Assembly (NCBI GenBank): GCA_028023455.1
Contig: JAQFVV010000004.1
Location: forward strand, 23,994,001 to 24,058,000
Reading direction: 5' to 3'
From: Epiperipatus broadwayi
Taxonomy: Eukaryota > Animalia > Onychophora
Length of the DNA: 64,000 bases
The notes beneath the pieces were generated by a model. That model did no database searches. It was not told the DNA's origin and saw nothing but the letters and a program-made list of their open reading frames with translations. The number at the start of each line of letters is the position of its first letter. Positions within the stretch are counted from its first letter, which is position 1. Positions 1 through 11,328 of the stretch are shown one piece after another. Made by a program: the position numbers and the translations under genes.

Positions 1-1282
1 TTTCTCATTCTTCATTGACACATAAGCAATTTATGTCCCTTTTGCAAAAAATGAACAGTGCATATATGGAGCTCCCACTATACAGCAATGTCTGTTGTAT
101 TAGCAAGGTAATATCTTGAACAGATTTGTATCATGTCTGGAAGAAATCAAAATGTTTCTTGATGAAAAAGAACATTTTCTAGAAATGAATAACAAAGATA
201 GATAATGCAAATTGATGTTTCTGACTGATATAACTCAACACCTGAATGACTTAAACTTGCATTTGCAAAGAAAGTGTCAAATAGTTTTAGAACTTTTTGA
301 ATGCTGGAAAGGAGTTGCATTAAAATTAGATATATTTTAGTGTGATATTACCACTAACATCTACAAGTATTTTCCAAAAATAAAGATCCATACAAATCGA
401 TTTAACATTAACAAAGATAAACTCCAAAAATATGTTGAGGCTCTCAGAAAAAAATTCTCCAAACACATGCACCCATATTCTTTCCTTATCAAATCTGACT
501 TAAATGATTTAAAGACAATCCCATACAACTTACCTCTTTTTGAATGGATGGACATTAATAGTTTTGAAATAAACTCAGCAAATCAATATCATCAGAATTT
601 TGGAAAACTAAATTTGTAGAATTGTGAAAAACTCTTAAAAGAAACTGACTAAAAAAGTTGTCTGTCAATTCTCAATTGTAGGATTATCTTTATTTGAAAT
701 ATTTAATGCTTTGAAGAAAATCGCATACGCTTTGCTTTCAGCATTCGACTCAACTTACTTATGTAAATAAATTTTCTCACATATGAAAAATATTTGGAGT
801 TCATAAAGAAATTGTCTAACACCTGAGCATTCAGATGCCTGCATGAATTAAATGACCAACTACACACCTGATATTGAACAAGTGAGCAAAGAGGTACAAG
901 AACAAGGTTCACTATGTTCACTACAATTTATTAATAGCTTAGGTTAATGATGAAGAATGACTAATCATATTAGAATTCTTGATATTTTTTTCAAATTTAA
1001 ACAATATATTTTGTATAAAAAAAAATAATTGTAATTTATCATTTGTAATACAACTTTTAATAAATATATTAAAAATTTAAATTTAACAAAACATACTTTT
1101 CACTATAATCCTATGTATTTTAAAATATTGAATGACCAATAATATAAGATCAGATTAAAATGGGCTTTAAAAATATATATAATATATAATTTTGAAGAGC
1201 ATTATGGTAGAATCATGTTAGTACTGGAATAACATTGTAACATAGGTTCAGCATGATACCACTAAAAGGTTGCCAACCCCTG
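1..1282 (+). mobile_element. 3' part of a decayed hAT DNA transposon (Charlie/SPIN, GTF2IRD2-like transposase) with 3' TIR
   Basis: Broken frames read KLMFLTDITQHLNDLNLHLQ (~210-270) and AFDSTYLCK*IFSHMK...YTPDIEQ (~740-880), which match the hAT C-terminal dimerisation region. AAAAGGTTGCCAACCCCTG at 1264-1282 is the reverse complement of a typical hAT TIR (CAGGGGTTGGCAACC). Confidence 0.8.
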
Positions 1283-2949
1283 AACTAATTTATTAAATTT
1301 ATCTTCTTTTTTTTTTTTGACATAAGGATTACTAAAAATGAGGTTATTGGAAATGTGAATATGATGAGATATTTGAATTCACAATTATTGTCTATTTTCT
1401 AAAATTCAATTGCAACATTATTCATTAATTTTTATCAATAATTAATAATATTATAAATTTTAACAATCTTTGTATCAAACTTTAGTCAATGCAAATAATT
1501 TAAAGATTACAGTTATTAACTTTCACGATGCATAAAACATACTACATTATTTAATTCATAAGCAAAAAAAAAAAAGTACATTTACCAATAGATATAACCC
1601 ATCATATTTGTTCATAACAAACTAATCAAATGATTAGTTGCTAGAGAAGTTATGTGATGTTCAAGCAACAAAAATGACACGGAGAGGTTTAATCTTAGAA
1701 TCTTAAGTTCTCAAGTTGAGGACTATTATACTGCATTAAAACACAAAAAGAGCATAAAACTATTAACTTGACAGCTTTATAAATATTATTATTTTAAAAA
1801 TTTCAAATTTTGTCAATATAATCAATAATTTAAACATCACCATATTCATCAATAACATCTGTTTAATCATTAATTTGGTGTAATTTAGCAATAAAATGCA
1901 AGAATTTGGAGCACAAGCCCAAAAATTGAAGCTCCAGTTTTATCACTTGTAGCACTTGAATTTTTTATGACCTCCCAAGAAATGAACTATTTGATTTATT
2001 TATTTATTGTTTATATTAAATCATTCCTTATATTTTCCATTCTGCAAACTGAGTCAAATTAAAAGATATAGATCTAACATGCTTTCTTTTTAAATTTCCA
2101 TTCCTAATTTTAATATTTATAATTTTTTTTTTTTAAAAATCAAAACAAGATGTGCTGGGTTTCTTAGCTACTTATTTATTTGCACTATATCCATCTATGT
2201 TTATTTAAAACTATGATGAGGGTTTCATACTAACTTCACAAATCTTTCAAAAATGCTATAGACCACAGCCATAGTTGTGTCAATCTCACAAGATAACATG
2301 ATAAAAATAAAACTATATAATATTTAATCTACTAACATAAAGTTATAGTACACATTTGACTTATAAAACATTAGAATATATTAACTCTTATTATATATTA
2401 AAGAGAAAACTTTGATAATAGTTAATTTATATTTTAAACTCATTTAAAAATATTTTCAAGAAGCAGCAGATAAGTCACAATAATAATGAATAGCTTTATT
2501 GATCAAGAGTTATAAAATAAAGACAATCCATGGACTTCAAGTACCAGTCTGATACTATATCACTGCCCAAAACTATGCAGAGCAACAGTCACCTTTACAA
2601 TCACTCACTGAGATCGCACAATATGTATAAAACAAAATTTCAGAGATCATAATAATGCTACCATTATAATTACGCAGTACATATTTAATAAATACTTTAA
2701 AATATTTCATATTATAATTGTAATTAAGTTTTTATTACTGCTATATAGTCTCTCTTCAGTGTACATTTGTATGATTTGAGACATGAGCCTGGATGATTAA
2801 TTTTGGACCTGAAAAGTCTTATTTAAAATACCCTGTGGAGTAAAATAATTAATGTAATAGGATAAAATGTGTATTAAATAAAAATATTTATTAAAATTTT
2901 TTTATCTCATTTTATGCCTTTTTTCAGTTTGGTGCTTGAGCAATTGCTT

Positions 2950-3965
2950 TGCAACTTACCTATTGAAGCAGCCCTGTTGTTAGACTTAACGACCACAAAA
3001 AAAAAAAAAGACTAGACTGAAGAATGATAAATTATCGTAATTCGAGATGCATCTCACTGATTAATAATTATAATATTAATAGTATTTACAAAATTACTTT
3101 TATTACCTATTTTGAAATTTGTTCAAACAATACGATTATCTTTATAAATAATCAGACCGACTTAAGAGAGAAAACTTTATTTTCTAATACTGTATATATC
3201 ACGTAAGAGGGTGTATGACTAAATATATATATTTAAAAAATATCAAAATAAAAAATTATACGTACACAAATAAGTTAATTTAATCCACGTTTTCTTACTT
3301 TACGTTTCAAAATATCTGAAAATAACTTTTAGTTACTAAGGCTGTTTTAGTAGGATTATAATGTAGGGTAAATTTTAAAAGCAGGCTATATAACATAAAA
3401 ATCGATGCATATATATATAGAAAAAAATAGCCATTTTAGTTTTATTTAAATTATTTCCTTCTTTCTAGTGAATACAAATGTATAAAATCATTTCATCGTT
3501 TATAGTAAAATAAGACTAGCATATACACCTTACGTATATAATAATTATGTATGTGTGGGTGAATTTATATAACGGAACACATTAAAAGGCAAATTATTTT
3601 GAAAAACATTTTAAAATGTAAAAAATTTCCTCCACCCCTTTTTTCCTTTTTATATATATTTGTTATTTGACATATTTGCTACTAGAGTGCAGAATTACAT
3701 TTGGGCCAGGTGCAAATTTTCTGCTCATGGCTCTACAAGTTTCTTAGAAAAATGGAGATTTATGTACAACCTGTGCTACACAAATTATTTAAATAGTAAT
3801 TCTTAAATTATATAATAAAAAAAATTTACAAAATTGTAATACGTAATTTTAAAATCCACGCTTTACTTTCCTATTATTTTAAAATCTTGCACGCTTGCTT
3901 ACCCTAAAGAACACCTGAGAATAAAAGAGACCAGTATGACTGTTGTAAACAAGAATCGTGGGATA
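2950..3965 (-). promoter_or_regulatory. CpG-retaining island, candidate promoter/first-exon region of a leftward transcript
   Basis: About 17 CpGs by hand count in ~1 kb, versus about 8 in the preceding 2.9 kb. Minus-strand splice donors AG|GTAAGT at 2954-2960 and G|GTAAGC at 3897-3903, and an acceptor TTTTCAG at 2809-2815. Confidence 0.3.
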
Positions 3966-5539
3966 TTTTAAAAAAAATTAAATCAGGAAAGAAAAGGACT
4001 ATGGGTAAAATTCACTCTTAATTTAACCCTTTTAACCTTACTTTCATTCACAAGATAGAAGTTAACTAATAATTTTATTCAGATTTGTATTTTTTTTTAA
4101 TTATATGTAAACAATCATATACAAAATTAATCAAAACAATTTATTATGTATACTTTATAATACATAATAAATTCCAAGGAGAAAAATAAGCATAAAAAAT
4201 TATACTAAAAATGATGAGATATTTATGCTGTTTTTTTTTATATAAAAATATAGAAAATTTTATTCTGAAATTTGGATACAATTCATATGATCAAATTATT
4301 GATGGGATCTATTAAATGGTATTTAAGAAAAGGAAGAGTTCAATGATGAAATGTCCTGCGCAGCACAATCTAAAAGGACTAAAGGTTTATAGGAGCCAAG
4401 GAAAGGGCCCAGAATTTGAGGAGATTGGTGACCCCAAAGTCCTGTTCATAAAAAAAAAAAACCCACAGAATTACATAGGTAAGTCAGACCCTTCAGCATG
4501 AATTCCAAGGTCATAATTCCCATGGTCTGAGGAATAGACTTGAGGAGGGAGGCAAAAAATAATCAATCCCAAAGCGATTGGCTGTTGCTGCTAGTAATGA
4601 TGACAATAATTATAAGCTAAGTCATACTATAATTTTAAATAATAAAATTATATATATATTTGTATAAATCTTAGTGATGTTAAACTATAATTACTATAAA
4701 TTACTTTCCAAAAGACGATCCACACATCATTCTACTCTTTGAGATTTTTGTTTTTTTAATCAAATAGTAAAGCATCCTTCTTTTTTTTTTCATTTTAATG
4801 TTTATTGTTAATATTATCATATTCAACAATATTTTTCTAAACTTTAATATCTTTCTATTCAAAAGTTAAGAATCTTTTTTTTTCTTTCTCTACTTCTAGA
4901 TAGAATTATTATTATTCAACACTTTTTTCTTTCTACTATTCTAAGGACTTTTAACGTTTCATTTTTATTAACTATCTTCATTGCATTTTTTAATTTCCAA
5001 ATTTAGTAATAATTTTTCTCACCATATCCATAAAGTAGAGTGTGAATTCAAGTAGAATTTTCTTTCAGAAAGCTGCTATACAACCACCTAGATAATCGTC
5101 AATTATTAAAAGTATTAGATATTTTTGGATGGATGATAAATAAATAAAAAAAGAGAGAAAATATTTAAATCCTCCTTTGCTATAACTGCCTCTCTTTAGA
5201 GTGTTTCAAGAAGATATTTATTCTTTAACACTTATTAAGACTATTTATCTTAAAACAACAAATATAGTTTGACATTTATCTAAAATCATGATGAAATATG
5301 TCAAATAGTATGCATTAGCATATGAAACAAATAATCTTCATGTAGAAACCAGATGATCGTAATAAACTCTTAGTTAATGAAACAAATAATGGCAGTATTA
5401 TGGAAATAACCACATCAGGACTATAGAGGTGATGATCTAAATGCTCTTGAAATAAAAAATGACTACAGAGTATTGGCAACAATGGAATACCTCATGTTCC
5501 AGAATATTCTCAATACAGAAACTTCTCTTTATTTAGGAA

Positions 5540-6030
5540 ATGCAGTAAAATTGCTTCAACTATTTAAAGATATATCAAAATTGAAAATATTCCTCTGAAA
5601 ATTAAGTGTTAAGAGTAATGTTGAAGTAATTATCCTTGAGGAGAGCTTTTGTACTTGTAGTAATCCATAGCTTCTTAAAGTTCCTGGATCTTCATTAATT
5701 ATTGATAGGATGCATTGTAAACATGGTATAGCTATTTTTGTTTTAAACCAACTTGTGAAATAAATAACTTTCATTGAAAATAATTTGAATGATATTGAAA
5801 TTACAATTTGGATAGATAATTTTTATATATGCAATTTTACAAACCTCCTGGTATAAATTGGACCTACTCTCTTTTTAAGACTGTATTTATAAAAGATTTC
5901 AATTCTCAAAGTAATTTTTGAAGATATGTGAATAAGAATCAAACAATCAACTCAACTTTTAGTATGATTGGACTTAATAATATGTATTTAATTTATGATG
6001 CTAAGCAAAGAGGATCAGAAACAGCTCCTA
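5540..6030 (+). mobile_element. Decayed non-LTR retrotransposon (Ingi/I-like) AP-endonuclease fragment
   Basis: Broken translation VEVIILEES...HCKHGIAIFV...FIKDFNSQ...YDAKQRGS resembles the LINE EEP motifs (LQET, GDFN, FDAK..GTF). Confidence 0.6.
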
Positions 6031-6629
6031 ATTTATGTGATAATATGTTGGGTTATTTTCACAATCTATCATTAAATGTTGAATGTATAGAAAATTTTAA
6101 ACTTTATTTAAACTTCTCAAATACAAACAACTTGTTAATAATAACACACAAATAGATAGCACAGGTTAGTAATAGCACAACATTTTGAATAGTATTATTC
6201 TCTATTTCACTTCAGGTGTTGTTGGCCTAACTAGTGACAACATTAGCATAGATGTCAAACTTAAATCTTTAGATTTTTGAATAGCGAATATTAAAATAAC
6301 ACTGTAACCAACTGAGCTATTCTGTCAAATGCAGCAGATGGTAGACATTTTATATATATGAGGGCTGATTCAAATCTTCCTGAGTCCTTCAAATTTTTTT
6401 AATACTTTTTTCTAGGAGCAAGATTAATTAGAGGCTTCCATACATTGTGTATTTCTACAATGGCTTGATTTAAAGGATTATTTTCCATTGTGATATGAGC
6501 AGCCTCCTTGAATTTTCTTGTTTGCACTTTTTCCCCTCTATCCAATAATAATGTATTTTTTCAATTTGAATATTTCAAGGAATTTTAACTTTTACCAAGC
6601 CTAAACTGAAAATGTTGAAAAACAAAAAC

Positions 6630-6930
6630 CGTATCTATAAAATACTATCTGAATGTGGAAGAAAGAATGTTGGTGAGAGCCGTCGATCTTTTGAAGAGGG
6701 AATAAAAAACCATAAACTAATGGTTAAAAGAAAAAACAGATGTGTCTACAGTAACAGACCATGTATGTATTAATGACCATATGTTTAATTTGCAGAATAC
6801 AAAAAAATATTGGATAGAGAGGAAAAGGTGCAAAAAAGAAAATTCAAGAAAACTGCTCGTATGACAATAGCAAATAATCCTTTAAGTCAAACCAGGGTAT
6901 CAATACCCAATGTATGGAAGCCTCTAATTA
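6630..6930 (+). pseudogene. GIY-YIG endonuclease remnant of a Penelope-like element
   Basis: With frameshifts: RIYKILSECGRKNVGESRRSFEEGIKNHK...STVTDHV...DHMFNLQNTK.ILDREE...KRKFKKTA...IPNVWKPLI. This matches the PLE pattern VYKIPC.CG..YIGET.R....R..EH...SAVAEH...KILD.E...R..KEA...W.P. Confidence 0.8.
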
Positions 6931-7041
6931 ATTTTACTCTTTAAAAAAAGTACTAAAGTTTTTTTGAAGAACACAGGAGGATTTTAATCAGCCCTCATAT
7001 ATAAATATATAAAATTTTTACTATCTGCTGCCTTTAAAGAA

Positions 7042-7110
7042 TAGCTCGGTTGGTTACAGTGTCACCTTAAAATTCAATATTCAAGAATCTAAAGGTGTAA
7101 GTTCAACTCC
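7042..7110 (+). promoter_or_regulatory. tRNA-like Pol III A box/B box within the PLE terminal repeat (mirror copy 6251-6319, minus strand)
   Basis: A box TAGCTCGGTTGG (7042-7053); the mirror copy reads TAGCTCAGTTGG (6308-6319). B box AGTTCAACTCC (7100-7110) vs mirror AGTTTGACATC; the two CpG-decay products imply ancestral GTTCGAC. Confidence 0.55.
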
Positions 7111-7139
7111 TATGCTAATATCACCACTGACCAGACCAG

Positions 7140-7185
7140 AAACATCTGATGAAGACTAGAAAATAATACTATTCAAAACATTGTG
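7140..7185 (+). ncRNA. Degenerate hammerhead-like motif in PLE terminal repeat (mirror 6172-6222)
   Basis: CTGATGA at 7146-7152, helix II GA(A/C)TAG..CTATTC, then AAAA-CATTG (mirror AAAA-TGTTG), consistent with ancestral TTCGAAACGTTG after CpG decay. Helix I and the NUH site are not recognisable. Confidence 0.45.
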
Positions 7186-7334
7186 TAATTACTAATCTGT
7201 GATGTCTATTTATGTGTTATTACTAATAAGTTGTTTGCATTTGAGAAATTTAAATAAAATTTAAAATGTTCTGTACATTCAACCTTTAATGCTAGATGAT
7301 GGAAATAGTCCAACATATTATAACATCTAATATA

Positions 7335-7674
7335 ATATACAATATATACTTCAATTTACACTCTACAATGCAGTTTAATATATGATTTATTTTATCTCCT
7401 CTTACCTACAGTTTCAGTCATCATCGGGGCTTTTACAAACCTTACCACTCCTCCTCCTCTAACCAAAAAAAAAAAAACAAAAAAAAACTGCTGGACAGTT
7501 GAAACTGTAGGCAAGAGGAAATAAAATAAATCATATGTTAAACTGCATTGTAGAGTGTAAATTGAGGCGTATATGGTATATTATATCCCCCCCCCCCTTT
7601 TCCCCCTGGGGGGGGGGTGGGGGGGCCTTATAATTCAGTAATGCAAATAAGAAGGAAGTGGAAGGAAATTTTAG
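7335..7674. mobile_element. Small foldback insertion with 11-bp TSD, PLE-like architecture
   Basis: Inverted arms ~7335-7420 and ~7498-7586. Direct repeat CATCTAATATA at 7324-7334 and 7675-7685. Contains a C-tract/G-tract at 7587-7625. Confidence 0.6.
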
Positions 7675-7699
7675 CATCTAATATACCATCATCACAAAC

Positions 7700-9000
7700 C
7701 TTTAGGCAAATACTAACTCCTACTTTATATGTTATTTTGACAAATTGGGTAAGGTCTCATCACCCTTCCTCTTTATAATGAACATAAATAAAATCTAATC
7801 ATTCTTAGAATCACTTTCCTATAACTGAAAATTATTGGAATTTAAGAAAAGCTTACTGCAATCAATATACTGGATTTAATATATTAATAAAATTTCTCCA
7901 ATTCTTTCTTAACAAACTTAGTTGTCCAAGAATCAATTTTTAAGGATATCAAACAATTCATTCCACATTGAAACAAAAACAATGGTAATCTTTATAGCCA
8001 ATTTTTGTCAACCAATGATCTGAAAATTGCTGACAAATTTATAAAATCTTTGGATGATGCCAAAAAAAGAAGAGAAAAACTATGGAAAAGCAAAACATTA
8101 CAAGATCTAGTCATAAGATCCAGGTATTTTTTATAAAAGTTTATTGGATATAAAAGTATCTCTAAAAAAACTTATATTGTTATTGCTGACTGCTAATCTT
8201 AGAGGGAAGACTTCTAAAACCAAGATTAACAGAATAAAAAAAAAGGATCATTAGAACATAATTGTATACCTCTCCTGTTTCATTAGTATCATTTGATAAA
8301 ATTGAATTTTGATATATTTAAATTTGTCCTTAATGATCTTAAATCAGGAATGGATTTGGGAGTAGATATATTTCCAGAGTTTCTAATATACTTAGAACAT
8401 GGTTTGAAAAACTATTCAGCAACATTATTCATACAGAAACTATTCCATAACTGGGCCATAAAAGCAAAATTACAGCAGCCTTAAAAGCAAATAAACTTAG
8501 TAATGATTCAGAAAAAACATCACACAATAGCATTATTATGTTCTGCTACAAGCTTTTTGAAAGAGTCACAGTAATGAGAATTTTGTCTATAAACTGAGAG
8601 ACATCTAGCTGTAGTACAGGCTGAATTTTGGCCAATTCCTATTAACAAATTATTTCAAAAACTAGTGCAACCTTCATTGATCTAACATTTTATGATTCTA
8701 TTTGGGAAAATGATATTCTTCTAATACATTTTAAAGTTCTTAAATGCAGAAAACCCCTTAATTTACTTAAGAAGATGCTCTCTAATAGGAAAATTCAAGT
8801 TAATTCTAAATTGATTATCATCATAGTAGATCCAAAATTTTAGAGAATTGTTTTCCACAGCGTTCAGTTATCCTACCTGCTTTATTTGATATATTTATCA
8901 GTGATCTAGATCTGTGCATATTGATGCAATTGTGTTTACAGTTTAATATTTAAAATATCAATTTGATTAGATTATAAAAGATTTTAATTGTTATTTTAAT
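7700..9000 (+). mobile_element. Continuation of the Ingi/I-like LINE ORF2 (linker plus reverse transcriptase), decayed
   Basis: WNLRKA-like motif ~7835, IADKFIKSLDDAKKRR ~8025-8080, DIFPEFLIYL ~8365, CYKLFER ~8540, FPQRSVILPALFDIFISDL ~8850-8910 (RT domain PQGSVL.P.LF.IF..DL). Confidence 0.65.
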
Positions 9001-9479
9001 TATATTTTTTAGCACTGGCAGCACAATGATTGTATATATGGCAAAATATAACATTCTGACGTTGATCTGGATGGCTCAGATCAGTGTGATGTTGAAAGTG
9101 AGGTTTGTGTATCACATAGGACATGTCTGTTGCTAAACCACACATTTTCATACAAAATGTATGGATTGTGAGCAGTCCATTTATTGATAATGCATTGCAT
9201 CATATGTGTCATCTTGTATGCAATGTATCTGGCCTAATGGCAGTGGTATCACGTTCAACTCTATTGTTATCTGATACTCCCACCCACCACTAATGGAAAA
9301 ACAGGGGAAAATCAGATATTTAGCTATCACTGCAGTTTGTTTTTGTCTTTGTTTTCAAATGGAGATGGTCCATGTGTAATTGTTATGCAGTTAAAATTCT
9401 ATTAAGAACATTCTATTAACAAATAATTGTGAGTTAATTAAATATATAAGTACAGTAATTATAATGTATAATAAATTTT

Positions 9480-11328
9480 ATATCTCTAGAAAAGATAGAA
9501 AGATTTATCATAAGGAAAATTAATTATGATATGGTGAGAATGAACAAGCATCCAGTTTAAATGAAAAGCCCAGCTATTCAAAAAAATGTAAATTAATCAT
9601 TAGGGTATGGATGAATATATGAATTACGGTTTTGAGTGAAATAACATTTTAGAACTAAGCAGGAAAACATTAATTCAAAAGAAAAAGATTAAACAAATAA
9701 GCAATATATTTAAAAAAAAAAAAAAGAATTATTAGCTAAAACTCAAATAACATCATACAAAATAGCAGTTAGTAGCTATGAAACAAAAATCACACACCAT
9801 AGCCAAGACCCTAATTTTACCAGCATGTTGTAATATCACCAATATTGTGTTTGGGGAAGATGTGAGAAAAGAAGTAATGAAAATATCTCTCTCAAATAAT
9901 ACTATTCAAAGAAAAACATTGATATGGATTGTGATATGACAGATTTGCAAGTAAACTTGACAATAATCCACAGATATCAGTGGAAAAGCCATTTTACTTG
10001 GATTCATTATATTTGCTAAAGAAAATAGAGTAGTCAATGAATTTTAATGTTGTACAGAGTTAACAAAGAAAATGATGGGAGAAACCATTTATAATGAAAT
10101 TAATTCTTCTTTGAATGTTTAAATTTGACCTGAGAACAATGCATGGAAATTTGTACTGATGAAGCTCTATCAAAGGATTTGTGACATTTGCAAAGAAATG
10201 AAACAATGAGATTTATTTAAACCACTCCTTTTTAAATATGGAGGAATTTATTGCAAAAAAATTACTTGCAGAATTAGAAAGTATTCTGACTAGCAGTTAA
10301 TATGGTAATTTACATAAAGACGAGACAGTTGAAATTTTAAATTTTTAAACAACTATGTTTAGTGATGGAAGCAAAATCTAAACACTTACTTTTTCATACA
10401 GAAATAAAGTGACTTTCTTGAAGAAATGCGCTTTCCTGTATTTTTTTTGAATAAGAAAATATGTACTTCATACAAGATCTTAAGAATGACATGTGGTGTG
10501 CTAAATTGGGCTACTTAACAGATATTTTTAGTTATTTTAACACTGTCAATATAATCATGCAGATAAACATCAACAGACAAACTATCAGCTTTTCACAGGA
10601 AGATAATTCTTTGGGAAAAAAGAATGGAAGAAAATAATCTTAGCATGTTTCCATCTATGCACAACAACAGCACCAACTGTGTTTCTTTGATATCAGAACA
10701 TTTATCAATATTGGACAACAATGTAAGAAAATATTTTCCTTCTCTGGACATGGATAAATATGACTCGGTTAGGAACTCATTTTCAAATGAATTACATAAT
10801 AATTCTGAATTTAATATGCCAGAGGAAGAGGATTTTACATCCTTGTCATCTAACCACACTTTGAAAATCAAACATATTAAAATGGGTCTTGATAAATTCT
10901 GGATATTTGTTCAACAAAAACATCCACAAATATTTATGTGAAGTAGGGTTTTCTATGTTTATCAACATAAAAACTAAGAAATGAGAAAGATTAACAAATT
11001 TAGATGAAGGAATGAGGATGGCCTTATCCTGTATACATCCAAACATAGAAGAAATATGTGAAAAACATCAGGGATATTTCACATTAAATGAATTACTTGA
11101 GTAAAACTATTTATTTCTGTAAATATTTTTTAATTATAAATTACATAATCATATTTTTTTCAATAAATATTAAAATATAACAATAAATATTGATTTGAAA
11201 TTATAACTGTCCAATTTCAATTAAAGAACTGATGACAAAATTATTTTATTTTAAGTTAGATAAGTGTTCCACCTAATTTTTTTTCTCACAACAGTGTTCC
11301 ATAATTAAAAAAAGGTTGGGAACCATTG
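9480..11328 (+). mobile_element. Decayed hAT transposon of the Buster/ZBED5/SCAND3-like group with 3' TIR
   Basis: SYKIA..KSHTIAKTLILPAC...ISLSNNTIQR (~9755-9915). ORF 10624-10941 (LISEHLSILDNNVRKYFPS...FWIFVQQKHP) is followed by GMRMALSCIHPNIEEIC. AAAGGTTGGGAACCATTG at 11311-11328 is a hAT TIR. The 5' boundary is approximate. Confidence 0.8.

Larger units (their letters stand above)
6030..7334 (+). mobile_element. 5'-truncated Penelope-like retroelement with long inverted 3' copy (1.3 kb near-palindrome)
   Basis: ~6030-6575 is an inverted copy of ~6780-7331 (e.g. AATTAGAGGCTTCCATACATT at 6425-6445 vs AATGTATGGAAGCCTCTAATT at 6907-6927). The forward part encodes a GIY-YIG remnant. An inverted 3'-end copy at the 5' junction is a known PLE insertion signature. 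Confidence 0.8.

Noticed and set aside
3193-3540. Possible small MITE with ACGTAAG..GTGTAT inverted ends
   Set aside because: The inverted match is short and gapped, and no second copy occurs in the window.
7999-8123. Exon-like open segment (AG...GT) encoding QFLSTNDLKIADKFIKSLDDAKKRREKLW
   Set aside because: It is collinear with and resembles the LINE ORF2 linker on either side, so it is not a host exon.
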